From positions 64,001 through 128,000 of the forward strand of contig CAWAOD010000013.1 of the NCBI GenBank assembly GCA_963783575.1: 64,000 bases of DNA. The letters run 5' to 3'. This DNA comes from an uncultured Spirochaetota bacterium. GTDB taxonomy: Bacteria > Spirochaetota > Brevinematia > Brevinematales > JAOACQ01. How positions within the stretch are numbered: the first letter of the stretch is position 1; each line of letters starts with the position of its first letter. A model generated the notes under the pieces. That model did not search any database. It saw only the letters and a program-made list of their open reading frames with translations, and was not told the DNA's origin. Of the stretch, positions 30,179-40,070 are shown one piece after another. The translations under genes were made by a program, and so were the position numbers.

Positions 30179-32101
30179 TTACTGAAACCGTTTTGCGACA
30201 AAATTAATGTTGCTTCTTGCTTTATAATTATCGGGGTCCAGATCCAATACCATCTGCCAGTATTTTAAAGCATCCTCTATTCTATCTGTTTTGTAATAAG
30301 AGAATGCCAAAAGATTGTATAATTTTATCTTTTCATCTTTTCTTTTCATAAAAGGGATTATTCCTTCTACAATGGGAAATATATCATTATATTTTCCCTT
30401 TTTATAAAATGTCAGTGCTTTAATGTATTTTTCCATGCCTTCAATAAAATTTGATTCCATTTCAGCCTGCGGGTTACTTGAAATTTTAGTTGTGTTTAAG
30501 ATTTCCAGGTCTACTTTCAAGCCTTCCGGGGCAAAAAGCATTTCTACTATCAGGAGCGTAATATCATCCCTTACCGGAGCATTTCCTATAAAAAGATATA
30601 CTTCATCGAAAACTTTTAAAACCATTTCCTGAACTGATAAGCGGCAATTCTGCAATAGAGAAGTTTTAAATTTTTTCATTCCAAAAAATTCCGAATTATT
30701 GTTTCGCGCTTCGGGAATACCGTCAGTATAGAGAACCAGTTTATCCCCTTCATTTAATTTTGCAACTGACGTCGAATAAACCTGTTTGTTATTATTACCG
30801 ACAATAGGTGAGTTTGTTTTTAATTCGATCAATTCTTTGTTATTTCTTATAATAAAAATCTCATCATGGCCGGCATTACAATATTGAATCTCATCTAACC
30901 GGGTATCGATAATACAATAAAAAACGGTAAGATATTGGGACAAATCCTCGATTGCAGAACAGAGTTCTTTGTTTACATGTCCGACAATTTCTCCAGCCTG
31001 CCTGCCGGGTATCGAATTAGTTGTAAAAGATATTTTTGCCATTGCTGTAACCAAAGCCGCGGGTACGCCATGACCGCTGACATCCGCAATAACAATTCCC
31101 ACTTTTTTTTCATCTATGTTAAATACATCATAAAAATCACCTCCTAGATCTTCCATTGGTGAGTAGTTGCCTCCAATGCTGAGCTTTTCATTGTCCGGAA
31201 AATTGGAAGGAATCAATGCCTGTTGTATTGCGCGAGCCATTTTTAATTCCTTTTTCATGGTGCCGTTGGCTGCAGTAAGCATCTTATTAGATTCATTAAG
31301 TTCTTCAGTTCGTTTTTTTACAAGATCTTCCATATGATCACTGTATTCCTCAATTTCTTTAAGCATATTATTAAATGTATTTGCCAGAACCAGTACTTCC
31401 CCATGCGTACTTACGGAAGCACGAATTTTATAATCCCCATCAGCCACTTTCCGTGCTATAGATGTCAGGTATTCAATAGGCCTGGTTAATCTACCCGCCA
31501 GGAACAAAGCGATAAAAACAGCAATAATAATAACTATAATAGTCAAAATTGCAGTAATAAATCCGATATTCCTGAAGCTATTGTTTAATTCTAAAAGTGA
31601 CTGTTCAAAACCTTTTTTTGAAGCGCTTACTGTTTTATCCAATAGAACGGTTAATTGTGTTTTATTTTCTTTAAACTTATTCACAGTATCAATTTGATTT
31701 TTAAATTCCTGCAGATCCTTTAGTTTCAAAATGGTTGAACCAAAAACATAATAGGTACGGAATATATCACTGATTTGTTTTAAAGAAGAATTTTCACCGG
31801 GTATCTGTTTTGACAGATCATGCAGATTATTATAGAATGCCTTAGCCTTTTCATTTAAATCATTTATAGCGCTTTGTCTGTTTTCCGGGCTAAACAGCAT
31901 AGTATCCCATATATCAGCATGAATCGCTAAAATAATCTGATATGAATCCTGAATATATTTCTCTGTTATAAATTTTGTATCAACAATATTATGTATTCGC
32001 TGCGCAGTATGATTCAGAAAAACCAGGTTAAAAATAATGACAAATATAAAAATAATGATAAAAACACCGAAACCCAATAAAATTCTGTATTTGAATTTCA
32101 C
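30179..32101 (-). CDS. RsbU/SpoIIE-like PP2C phosphatase with periplasmic sensor, HAMP and C-terminal TPR
   Basis: Two TM helices, HAMP, GGDFYD, ADVSGHGVPAA, YTDG, DDIT; TPR-like tail. Confidence 0.9.
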   Translation of the reverse strand: MKFKYRILLGFGVFIIIFIFVIIFNLVFLNHTAQRIHNIVDTKFITEKYIQDSYQIILAIHADIWDTMLFSPENRQSAINDLNEKAKAFYNNLHDLSKQIPGENSSLKQISDIFRTYYVFGSTILKLKDLQEFKNQIDTVNKFKENKTQLTVLLDKTVSASKKGFEQSLLELNNSFRNIGFITAILTIIVIIIAVFIALFLAGRLTRPIEYLTSIARKVADGDYKIRASVSTHGEVLVLANTFNNMLKEIEEYSDHMEDLVKKRTEELNESNKMLTAANGTMKKELKMARAIQQALIPSNFPDNEKLSIGGNYSPMEDLGGDFYDVFNIDEKKVGIVIADVSGHGVPAALVTAMAKISFTTNSIPGRQAGEIVGHVNKELCSAIEDLSQYLTVFYCIIDTRLDEIQYCNAGHDEIFIIRNNKELIELKTNSPIVGNNNKQVYSTSVAKLNEGDKLVLYTDGIPEARNNNSEFFGMKKFKTSLLQNCRLSVQEMVLKVFDEVYLFIGNAPVRDDITLLIVEMLFAPEGLKVDLEILNTTKISSNPQAEMESNFIEGMEKYIKALTFYKKGKYNDIFPIVEGIIPFMKRKDEKIKLYNLLAFSYYKTDRIEDALKYWQMVLDLDPDNYKARSNINFVAKRFQ

Positions 32102-32554
32102 TTTTACCCCCGGCCGATAATAATTTTTGCTTTTTTTATGGTATTGTTATCGGCTTATTTAGATTGGATTTATAATATAAAAAGATTTTCTTGAAAATTA
32201 TTTAATCAATCTAAATTAATTTGTTTACATCAAAATATAATCTTATTTTACCGTTAAAAAATTAGGAATATCAGAATAAATCAATCAATTCGTTTATTTG
32301 ACAGATTATATGAGTTTATTTTAAAATAGAATTGTATTGAATAAAATATCTGGAAGATTTCAATTTATTAGAAATTATTACTCATCATTATCTAATATTT
32401 TTCGAAAGAGAATCAAGATTCCAGTTCAATTAGAGCAATTTGGACAATGAAAAAATAATTAGAAATCACCGGTTCCAATATTAATAACTTACTATTTCAG
32501 TTGAATTAATAGAAAAAATAATGAATTTTACTTATGATTTAAATATAAGCAGGT

Positions 32555-34888
32555 ATGGAAATGATTATGATATTTTTATTTGCCGCATTAATCTTTATTT
32601 CTTTTACTTCTATTATATTTCTTGTTATTAGGAATATTTATTTCAATTCTATCATTATGAATATCAACCAGGGAATAATTATTTTTAAATCGAACGGTAA
32701 AATTATAAAATACAACAAAGCTTTTTTAGATATTTATAGGTACGAGAGGCAGGATATTAAAAACATCCGTATAAACGATCTTTTTTCAGGACAGAAAATT
32801 GAGAGTTTAATTAGAGATATTAATTTATATAAGACGATGCAAGTCAACGGCTCCGGAAAAAATAAAGACACCATTTTTTTAAATCTTAGTTTGCAAAAAT
32901 TACCATATTTCGGCAGGCAAAAATTTCTTGCTCTCATTACCGATATTAAAAATCAAAGTTCCAATGAAAGTAAGTTAAGGGAAGGGCAGAGGTTAATATC
33001 TATTTTAATGAGCAATTTACCGGGTTTGATTTATCTGGCTTATTTTGACCCGGATTTAACTCTTGAATTTGTAAGCGACGGGTGCTATGAACTGACCGGG
33101 TATAGTCCATCAGATTTCATTAATAATAGAAGAGATTTTATGTCTATTGTTCATCCCGATGATAAAAACATAGTGATTCAGGGAAGGCAAAAAGCTATCA
33201 TCAACAAAGCGGAGTTTCAAATAACCTATAGAATAATTACAGGTAAAAATGAGGAGAAGATTGTCTGGGAAAGAGGTAAACCGATTTTTGATATACTGCA
33301 TAATTTTGTTGCGATCGGAGGTTCGATCAATGATGTGACCGAATACAGGGAAATGGAGAATAAGCTTGCCGAGGAAAAGGAAAGGCTGTTTGTTACTTTA
33401 CGCAGTATTGGAGACGGTGTGATTACAACCGATATCAAAGGGAATGTTGTCTTATTAAACAATGTGGCTGAAAAATTGACGGGATGGGCGCAGGAAGAAG
33501 CCATGAATAAGCATATCGGGGAGGTTTTTCATATTATCAATGAAAATACAAGAGTAAAAGTTGCGAACCCGATTGATGCGGTTCTGAAAAACGGACTGGT
33601 TGTCGGGCTGGCGAATCATACTGCGCTGATCTCAAAAGACGGGACGGAAAGGCTGATAGCCGACAGCGGCGCGCCGATCAAGGATAAGCAGAGCAAATTG
33701 ATCGGGGTTGTCCTGGTCTTCAGGGATGTGACTGAAAAGCATAAAATGGAAATGGAGATGTCAAAAATAATCAAATTGGAGTCTTTAGGTGTACTGGCCG
33801 GTGGGATTGCACATGATTTCAACAACATCCTGACAGCAATACTGGGAAATATTAATCTGGCTAGATTCTATACAAGCGATAAAAAAATTCTTGATCTGCT
33901 AATTGAGGCGGAAAAAGCAACTTATAATTCAAAGAGCCTGACCGATCAGTTGCTGACGTTTGCGAAAGGCGGCGAACCGGTCAAGAAAATTGGGAATATT
34001 AATAAAGTCTTGAAGGAATGTGTCCTTTTCTCACTAAGGGGTACAATTATAAAAATTGAGTTTAATCTTGATGATAATATTCAGCTTCTAGAATTTGATG
34101 AAGGTCAGATGAATCAGGTATTCAATAATTTATCAATTAATGCCAGACAGGCAATGCCAGACGGCGGGTTATTAAAAATCACTTCCGGAATATTTGTATG
34201 TGATGATAACCAATCCTTAATCAGAAAAGGTGAATATTTACAAATTATTTTTGAGGATCAGGGAGGCGGAATTTCCAAAGAAAATATGCAAAAGATTTTC
34301 GATCCTTTTTTTACTACAAAGAAAGAAGGTAAAGGATTGGGTTTATCATCCTGTTATTCCATTATAAATAAACATAATGGATATATTACAGTAGAATCGG
34401 AAGTAAACAAAGGATCGAAATTTTTTATCTATTTGCCGATTATACAAAATCCTATAAATAGTAATGCGGTTTTACCGGTAAAAAACGAAGAAATAGTTAG
34501 CGGCAAAGGCAGGATTTTATTCATGGACGATGAGGCGGATATCCGTTCTTATGCAAAAAAAGCTTTGGAATTTCTAGGTTATGAAGTTGAATTGGCAAGG
34601 GATGGGAAGGAAGCCGTTGAAATATTCCGGAGCATGTTAATTTCTAACATTCGTTTTGATTGTGTTGTACTGGATATTACCATACAGGGCGGCATGGGCG
34701 GGAAAGAAACCCTGTCGGAATTAAAGAAGATTGATCCGGATATCGTGACTATAGTCATTAGCGGTTATTCAAATGACCCGGTTATCGCGAATTATAAAGA
34801 ATACGGTTTTACAAATGTCCTGATAAAACCTTTTAAAATTGAAGATTTGAGTAATGTACTTGCTAAGGTATTAAAATTAAAAAAGTAA
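32555..34888 (+). CDS. Multi-PAS hybrid sensor histidine kinase/response regulator
   Basis: PAS repeats, AHDFNN H-box, FDPFFTTK, GLGL, receiver MDDE...D...KPF. Confidence 0.92.
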   Translation: MEMIMIFLFAALIFISFTSIIFLVIRNIYFNSIIMNINQGIIIFKSNGKIIKYNKAFLDIYRYERQDIKNIRINDLFSGQKIESLIRDINLYKTMQVNGSGKNKDTIFLNLSLQKLPYFGRQKFLALITDIKNQSSNESKLREGQRLISILMSNLPGLIYLAYFDPDLTLEFVSDGCYELTGYSPSDFINNRRDFMSIVHPDDKNIVIQGRQKAIINKAEFQITYRIITGKNEEKIVWERGKPIFDILHNFVAIGGSINDVTEYREMENKLAEEKERLFVTLRSIGDGVITTDIKGNVVLLNNVAEKLTGWAQEEAMNKHIGEVFHIINENTRVKVANPIDAVLKNGLVVGLANHTALISKDGTERLIADSGAPIKDKQSKLIGVVLVFRDVTEKHKMEMEMSKIIKLESLGVLAGGIAHDFNNILTAILGNINLARFYTSDKKILDLLIEAEKATYNSKSLTDQLLTFAKGGEPVKKIGNINKVLKECVLFSLRGTIIKIEFNLDDNIQLLEFDEGQMNQVFNNLSINARQAMPDGGLLKITSGIFVCDDNQSLIRKGEYLQIIFEDQGGGISKENMQKIFDPFFTTKKEGKGLGLSSCYSIINKHNGYITVESEVNKGSKFFIYLPIIQNPINSNAVLPVKNEEIVSGKGRILFMDDEADIRSYAKKALEFLGYEVELARDGKEAVEIFRSMLISNIRFDCVVLDITIQGGMGGKETLSELKKIDPDIVTIVISGYSNDPVIANYKEYGFTNVLIKPFKIEDLSNVLAKVLKLKK

Positions 34889-34968
34889 ATAATTCAGAAC
34901 CTGTAAAAAAATCATTGGCAATTGTTAATGGAGGAATTTTCAAATTTATACAATAGAATTCAGAACTT

Positions 34969-34999
34969 AAAAAAGCCGCCGTTCTCCGGCGGCTTTTTT
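34969..34999. terminator. Bidirectional intrinsic terminator
   Basis: AAAAAAGCCGCCG-TTCTC-CGGCGGCTTTTTT between convergent genes. Confidence 0.88.
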
Positions 35000-35013
35000 A
35001 AAAAATTAAAAAT

Positions 35014-35448
35014 TTATTGGGGTTGCATTTCTTTTTCAACAATTGAAGAAACAATGATCGATTTTTTTGATTTTTTTCCGCTCACTTCAACATACATTCC
35101 ATTCTGCCGCTTTGTGCTTTTTGCCAGAGCCAGAGCTTTTTCATCCCCTTGCTTATCGAATTTGACGAACGAGTATGTCCCATCCTTTCCCTTGAGCATA
35201 ATTCCATATCCGGATTTCACGCAAGGATCCTGGAGCAAGCAAGCCACAGTATGATTTTCAGGATTTGTCTTCATGTTTGCACCGTCGGCAGAAATACCGT
35301 TTGCCGTTGTAGCGCAAAGCTTATCAGCCAAATACCCGGACCACACAACCGATTTTCCACTTTTTTTTGACTCCTTTGCGCCGGTAAAAGAAACAAAACA
35401 TACGATCAATAAACCGGCAATAATACCTAACACAGCCAGTTTTTTCAT
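35014..35448 (-). CDS. Small exported protein with Cys/His motif, possibly metal-binding
   Basis: Signal peptide; D..C ... H...C....PC..SGYG; GGAGG RBS. Confidence 0.65.
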   Translation of the reverse strand: MKKLAVLGIIAGLLIVCFVSFTGAKESKKSGKSVVWSGYLADKLCATTANGISADGANMKTNPENHTVACLLQDPCVKSGYGIMLKGKDGTYSFVKFDKQGDEKALALAKSTKRQNGMYVEVSGKKSKKSIIVSSIVEKEMQPQ

Positions 35449-35799
35449 GTTTTCCTCCTTACCATTCCGTTTACCAGAATGATTTAAATTATTAAAAATT
35501 AGTAATTGATTAATAATTTGTCAAATTGAAAATAGTATTTTTCAGACAGTTAATATTATTTTAATCTCTATTTTGATTTTTTTTCTCATTTTGATTATTA
35601 TTTGTAAAATTGATACTTAATAAGAAGTATTATTAAACCCTCTCAGCTCGCTGGGAAAATAGTTGATAATATTCAGTGAGGTAATTTTGTGATATCAAAA
35701 AATAAAGTTTGATTATCTGAAGGTTGGATAAATGGATAAATTGTCACAGCATACATATGGAAATTGATTATATTATATTTCATAAACCGGAGAAATAAT

Positions 35800-37236
35800 A
35801 TGAAACGTTTTATTTTTTCATCCATACAGACTAAAATCCTATCAATGTTGTTGATAATTTTGACGGCTACAATCATTATAGTTGTTTATTTTGTTTACAC
35901 ATCACAGAGATCCAGCCTGATTTCAACCATGAACAGAGGGATTTACCTTAATACAGAAACGCTTGAAACGGCGCTGAAGATAATGATGCTTGATGGTAAG
36001 GCACCTTTACTGGTCAGGACTATGGCTGAGTTAAAGAGCCTGGGCGATTATAAAGAGGTTGCAATATATAGAACAAACGGCGTTCTCGCCTTCAGCGACT
36101 ATTCTACTCTTGAACATGTAAACCTCAATCAGACCAATATAACGTTTCTTCAAACTCCGAGGATTGCTGATGACAGGAAGGATATTGAAAAAACGGAAGG
36201 CACTTCCAATATTAATATTGTTTTGGAAAAAAAGTTACCGCTACGAAAATTTCTAAGCGCGACAAGGGAACTTGAATATTATTCGCTAATAGAGAATAAA
36301 TCCGATTGTATGCGCTGTCATGGGAGTGAATATCCTTATCGAGGTGTGATTCATTTCAAACTGTCAATAGCCGGGACTTATGCTCAGATTGATAAAACCA
36401 GGAATTTCCTAATTCTTTTTTTTATAGGGGTCGGTTTGATCGTGGGCACAAGTCTATTAATACTGATCCGGACATTGATCCTGTCTCCGGTCTTCAGGAT
36501 AGGAGATGCTGTTAGAGAACTCGGAGCCGGGGATTTTAAAGCCCGTGTAAATTTGAAAAGCAGGGACGAGCTGGGTGAGTTGGCCGGAGAGATCAATAAA
36601 ATGATAAAAGGGCTTGAAGAAAGGTTTAAGCTTTCAAAATACGTTTCATCTTCGACAAGGGATATTGTAGCAAGCGATGAAACAACCGAAGAGACAAAAA
36701 AAGTTAATGTGACTGTACTGTTCTCTGATGTCCGCGGATTTACTTCTTATTCTGAATCCCATCCGCCAGAGGTTGTAATAGAAAATCTCAACCGCATTCT
36801 TGAAGTTCAAGCTGAAATCATAGAAAAAGAGGGCGGCGACATAGATAAATTTGTGGGCGACGAAATAATGGCCGTTTTCAAAAATGAATATACGGCGATT
36901 GTATGCGCAGCCAGGATGATCAAAGCTGTTTTAGATTCAGATAAGGGTCTTAATATAGGACTTCGGATCGGCATCGGGATTAATTCGGGAGAAGCCGTTG
37001 CCGGTCATATCGGAAGCAAAAACAGGCGTGAATATGCAATGATCGGAGACACAGTCAATGTGGCTTCCAGACTTTGTTCCATAGCTCAACCGAACAGTGT
37101 TTTACTTTCGGAAGGAATATATAAAAAAACATCCGATAAAGTTCAGGCCGAACTCTTGAAGGGACAAAAGATCAAAGGGAAAAAAGAACTCATTGATGTT
37201 TACATACTCAAATCCGTTTCAGTAAAAGAGCAATAA
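35800..37236 (+). CDS. Class III adenylate cyclase with HAMP and periplasmic CxxCH sensor domain
   Basis: FSDVRGFT, DKFVGD, GDTVNVASRL; HAMP; CMRCH between two TM helices. Confidence 0.9.
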   Translation: MKRFIFSSIQTKILSMLLIILTATIIIVVYFVYTSQRSSLISTMNRGIYLNTETLETALKIMMLDGKAPLLVRTMAELKSLGDYKEVAIYRTNGVLAFSDYSTLEHVNLNQTNITFLQTPRIADDRKDIEKTEGTSNINIVLEKKLPLRKFLSATRELEYYSLIENKSDCMRCHGSEYPYRGVIHFKLSIAGTYAQIDKTRNFLILFFIGVGLIVGTSLLILIRTLILSPVFRIGDAVRELGAGDFKARVNLKSRDELGELAGEINKMIKGLEERFKLSKYVSSSTRDIVASDETTEETKKVNVTVLFSDVRGFTSYSESHPPEVVIENLNRILEVQAEIIEKEGGDIDKFVGDEIMAVFKNEYTAIVCAARMIKAVLDSDKGLNIGLRIGIGINSGEAVAGHIGSKNRREYAMIGDTVNVASRLCSIAQPNSVLLSEGIYKKTSDKVQAELLKGQKIKGKKELIDVYILKSVSVKEQ

Positions 37237-37263
37237 AGAAATATAATTTGGTAGCCTCAAAGC

Positions 37264-37692
37264 TCATTTCCATGTACTTTTAACTTTCATATTAATATAA
37301 TCGAAAAGCTGATCAGCCTGTTTACCACTGATTTTACCTGCCGGGAATGGGGGCATTTTCCCATGTGAATTGTCCGACATTCTGGGGTCTCTTATAAAAG
37401 CCAGGAATTCTTTAAAATTATCCAGTTCGTCGGTTTTCTTCAATGGAAGGCTTGAAACCACAACATTCCCTCCATTTGCATGACATCCCTGGCAATTATT
37501 TAAAAAGATTAATTTTCCTTCTTCCAAATCCGCAGTTGAATTTGTTTGCCCGCCTTTCTCAGGCTCGCTCTTAGCCGAAACCGCTGTATTCCAGTTGCCG
37601 TATACAAGTTTTCCTCCGAACCACCCCAGCCCCGCTATGGCTGAGAATGAGAGCGAATAATAAGAAATTGAATATTAAAATTTATGATTTCA
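37264..37692 (-). CDS. Monohaem c-type cytochrome with membrane anchor; 5' end disrupted (pseudogene or sequencing error)
   Basis: CQGCH and MP ligand motif; frame extends upstream through AGLGWFGGKLVYG (DUF2231-like); ATG overlapping the hycI stop is followed by a stop. Confidence 0.7.
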
Positions 37693-38151
37693 TCACCCCA
37701 ATATTTCAATTAAAATATCCTTCAAATAATCCAATGTCTTTTCCACTTTCGGGCTGATTTGACCGTTGTTTATTGATTCGGGCTGGATGCCGATTAAAAA
37801 GATGTCGGCTTTTGTTTCAATGAATAAATAATCGGCTAAGACCTTTAATGGAATATTATGTGTGGTGTAAAGAGCAAGATCATTGAGCTTTTGCCTTTCG
37901 ATAATACTCATAGAACCGGGTTCTGCTCCCATATCAACCGCATCAACCATAATAACTGTATCCGGAGTCAACTCTTTAATTTTGCCTGTATAATTCTCAG
38001 GAGTTTCTTCACAATTAATAATATTTGCTTTAACCTTTCCTTCAATCTTTTCCGAAAGGGCCGGGCCGGCCCCGTCATCACCCCTCATTCTATTTCCTAT
38101 GCAGAGGATAACTGTTTTTGCTTTTAATCTCTTTTCTAACTGTTCAATCAT
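37693..38151 (-). CDS. hycI: Hydrogenase-3-type maturation endopeptidase
   Basis: GNRMRGDDGAGP, TPEN, VDAVDMG, TTHNIPL, GIQP. Confidence 0.88.
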   Translation of the reverse strand: MIEQLEKRLKAKTVILCIGNRMRGDDGAGPALSEKIEGKVKANIINCEETPENYTGKIKELTPDTVIMVDAVDMGAEPGSMSIIERQKLNDLALYTTHNIPLKVLADYLFIETKADIFLIGIQPESINNGQISPKVEKTLDYLKDILIEILG

Positions 38152-38632
38152 ATATATCCTTCAATTTGAAATTGTTCAATTTAAAATTATTTTAAGTTTA
38201 CTTTTTTGTTTTAATGATAGGCACTTCTAATAACTCATTATTAGGAATGCCTGTTTAAATATTGATGAAGTTTTTGTCTTTCTTTCATATTTACAAAAAC
38301 TTTAGGGCAGTCCATTTTCTTAAAAACTGGTTTTAATGAGATTTTCGAACTGCCCAGATATAATAATATCCTAAAGCCGTTATAATATCAAAATATAAAG
38401 GGCCAAAATTTTAATAATAATTATTTTAACTGCTATAATAATGGATTATTATAATGTTTTTTGTGTTATTTTATATTTAATGCTATAATACAAGATTCTA
38501 AATATGGATACAATAGAATCTTTATTATATGCAAATCAGTTGTTCGAGCAGAGTAACAATGAAAATTACAAATCAATAAAGCATACAAAATAATTTTTTA
38601 CTCACATTATACAATTTAAATCGGAGGAAATT

Positions 38633-39118
38633 ATGTTTGAGAAAAAAGAAGCGGCGGTTCGGTTTACCGATGAGCTGATTCAATATATAGATAAATGGAA
38701 AAATAAAGAGGGGAATCTGATAATGATTCTCCACAGGGTTCAGGAAGAATATGGATATATTCCCAGGGAAGTCGCGCTGCAGATATCCAGGCAGCTTAAT
38801 GTTCCCCTTGCTAAAATTTATGGTGTTATTACTTTCTATCATTACTTCAGGCTTACCAAGCCCGGCAAGCACACAATCTCGGTATGTCTGGGTACAGCCT
38901 GCTATTTAAAAGACGGTGAAGATATTACAAAAGAGCTTGAATCCGATCTCGGGATCGGAGTTGGCGGAACAACCGAAGATAATGTTTTTTCGCTTCAGGC
39001 TGTTAGATGTGTCGGATGCTGCGGACTTGCGCCGGTTGTGGTAATCGATAACGAAGTATTCGGCAGGCTAAAAAAAGACGATCTGCCCCAGCTTCTTTCT
39101 AAATACAGAACAAAATAA
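38633..39118 (+). CDS. hndA: NuoE-like 2Fe-2S subunit of multimeric [FeFe]-hydrogenase (HndA/HydC)
   Basis: VCLGTAC, RCVGCCGLAP. Confidence 0.9.
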   Translation: MFEKKEAAVRFTDELIQYIDKWKNKEGNLIMILHRVQEEYGYIPREVALQISRQLNVPLAKIYGVITFYHYFRLTKPGKHTISVCLGTACYLKDGEDITKELESDLGIGVGGTTEDNVFSLQAVRCVGCCGLAPVVVIDNEVFGRLKKDDLPQLLSKYRTK

Positions 39119-39591
39119 TGTTTGGAAGAATTTCGGAAATAATATATAAACTAATTAATAATTCGATAGAATCAAAAGCTTCATTGATAATTCTGGATTA
39201 TATTGAAATAAATAGAAAAGAGCTTAAAATTTTTATTTTCGATAACCGGATAATTGATGAGACAAGTAAAAACGATGATGGTCTTCAGATCAAAAAAGAA
39301 TGCGATACATTGGCAGTAAAATTAGAGATTGAGGCGGGACAGAAGGAAGGAAATTCGATATATCTTGAACTGAATTTATTAAAACCGGAAAATCCTTCCG
39401 AATTATTTACGAAAATCATGACGATAAAAGGAAATTTAGAATTGGTAATCAATCGTATAAAAGATAAAAATAAATATTCTTTAATAAGAAGTGAAATTAT
39501 TGCGGAAGCAGGTAGTTCACTGGAAAATATTGATGAATCATCAATAAAAAAATATATTATAGAATTGGAGAAATTATTATGGGAAAAATGA
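39118..39591 (+). CDS. Degenerate HATPase_c-like protein
   Basis: N-box-like LINNSIE and operon position; DxGxG and G2 boxes missing. Confidence 0.5.
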   Translation: MFGRISEIIYKLINNSIESKASLIILDYIEINRKELKIFIFDNRIIDETSKNDDGLQIKKECDTLAVKLEIEAGQKEGNSIYLELNLLKPENPSELFTKIMTIKGNLELVINRIKDKNKYSLIRSEIIAEAGSSLENIDESSIKKYIIELEKLLWEK

Positions 39592-40002
39592 ATTTGAAAG
39601 GCCTTCAAAGTTTAAGAGAAAATTTGAAAAATGATTTTGAAAAAAAGGTCAATGAAAATAAAGAAATAACAATACTGGTAGGAATGGGAACCTGCGGAAT
39701 AGCTGCTGGTGCTAAAGAAACCATGCTCGACTTTTACAGATCAAATTGAAAAAATGGGGATGAAAAATGTAAAAATCAAACCGACCGGGTGCATGGGTTC
39801 ATGCTACGTGGAACCCACCGTAGAGGTTATTGTGCCGGGTATGCCGCAAATATTATACGGCAAGGTTAATCCCGAGACAGCGAAAAAAATTATGGAACAG
39901 CATATACTTCAAAAACAGCTTGTAAACGATCATATCTATGATAAACCGGCGATTGATATAATAAATCCGGCAACGCCGGTAAAGTTAAAACAGGATAAAT
40001 AA
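39579..40002 (+). CDS. hndB: Thioredoxin-like 2Fe-2S subunit (HndB/HydD), one frameshift at ~39732-39735
   Basis: VGMGTCGIAAGA in the first frame, TGCMGSCYVEP in the second. Confidence 0.85.
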
Positions 40003-40070
40003 TTTTATGAATAAAGATAGCTTCGTTATTATCATCATGTTCAACCGTTCGAAGGTCTTCAGAGGAGGAA

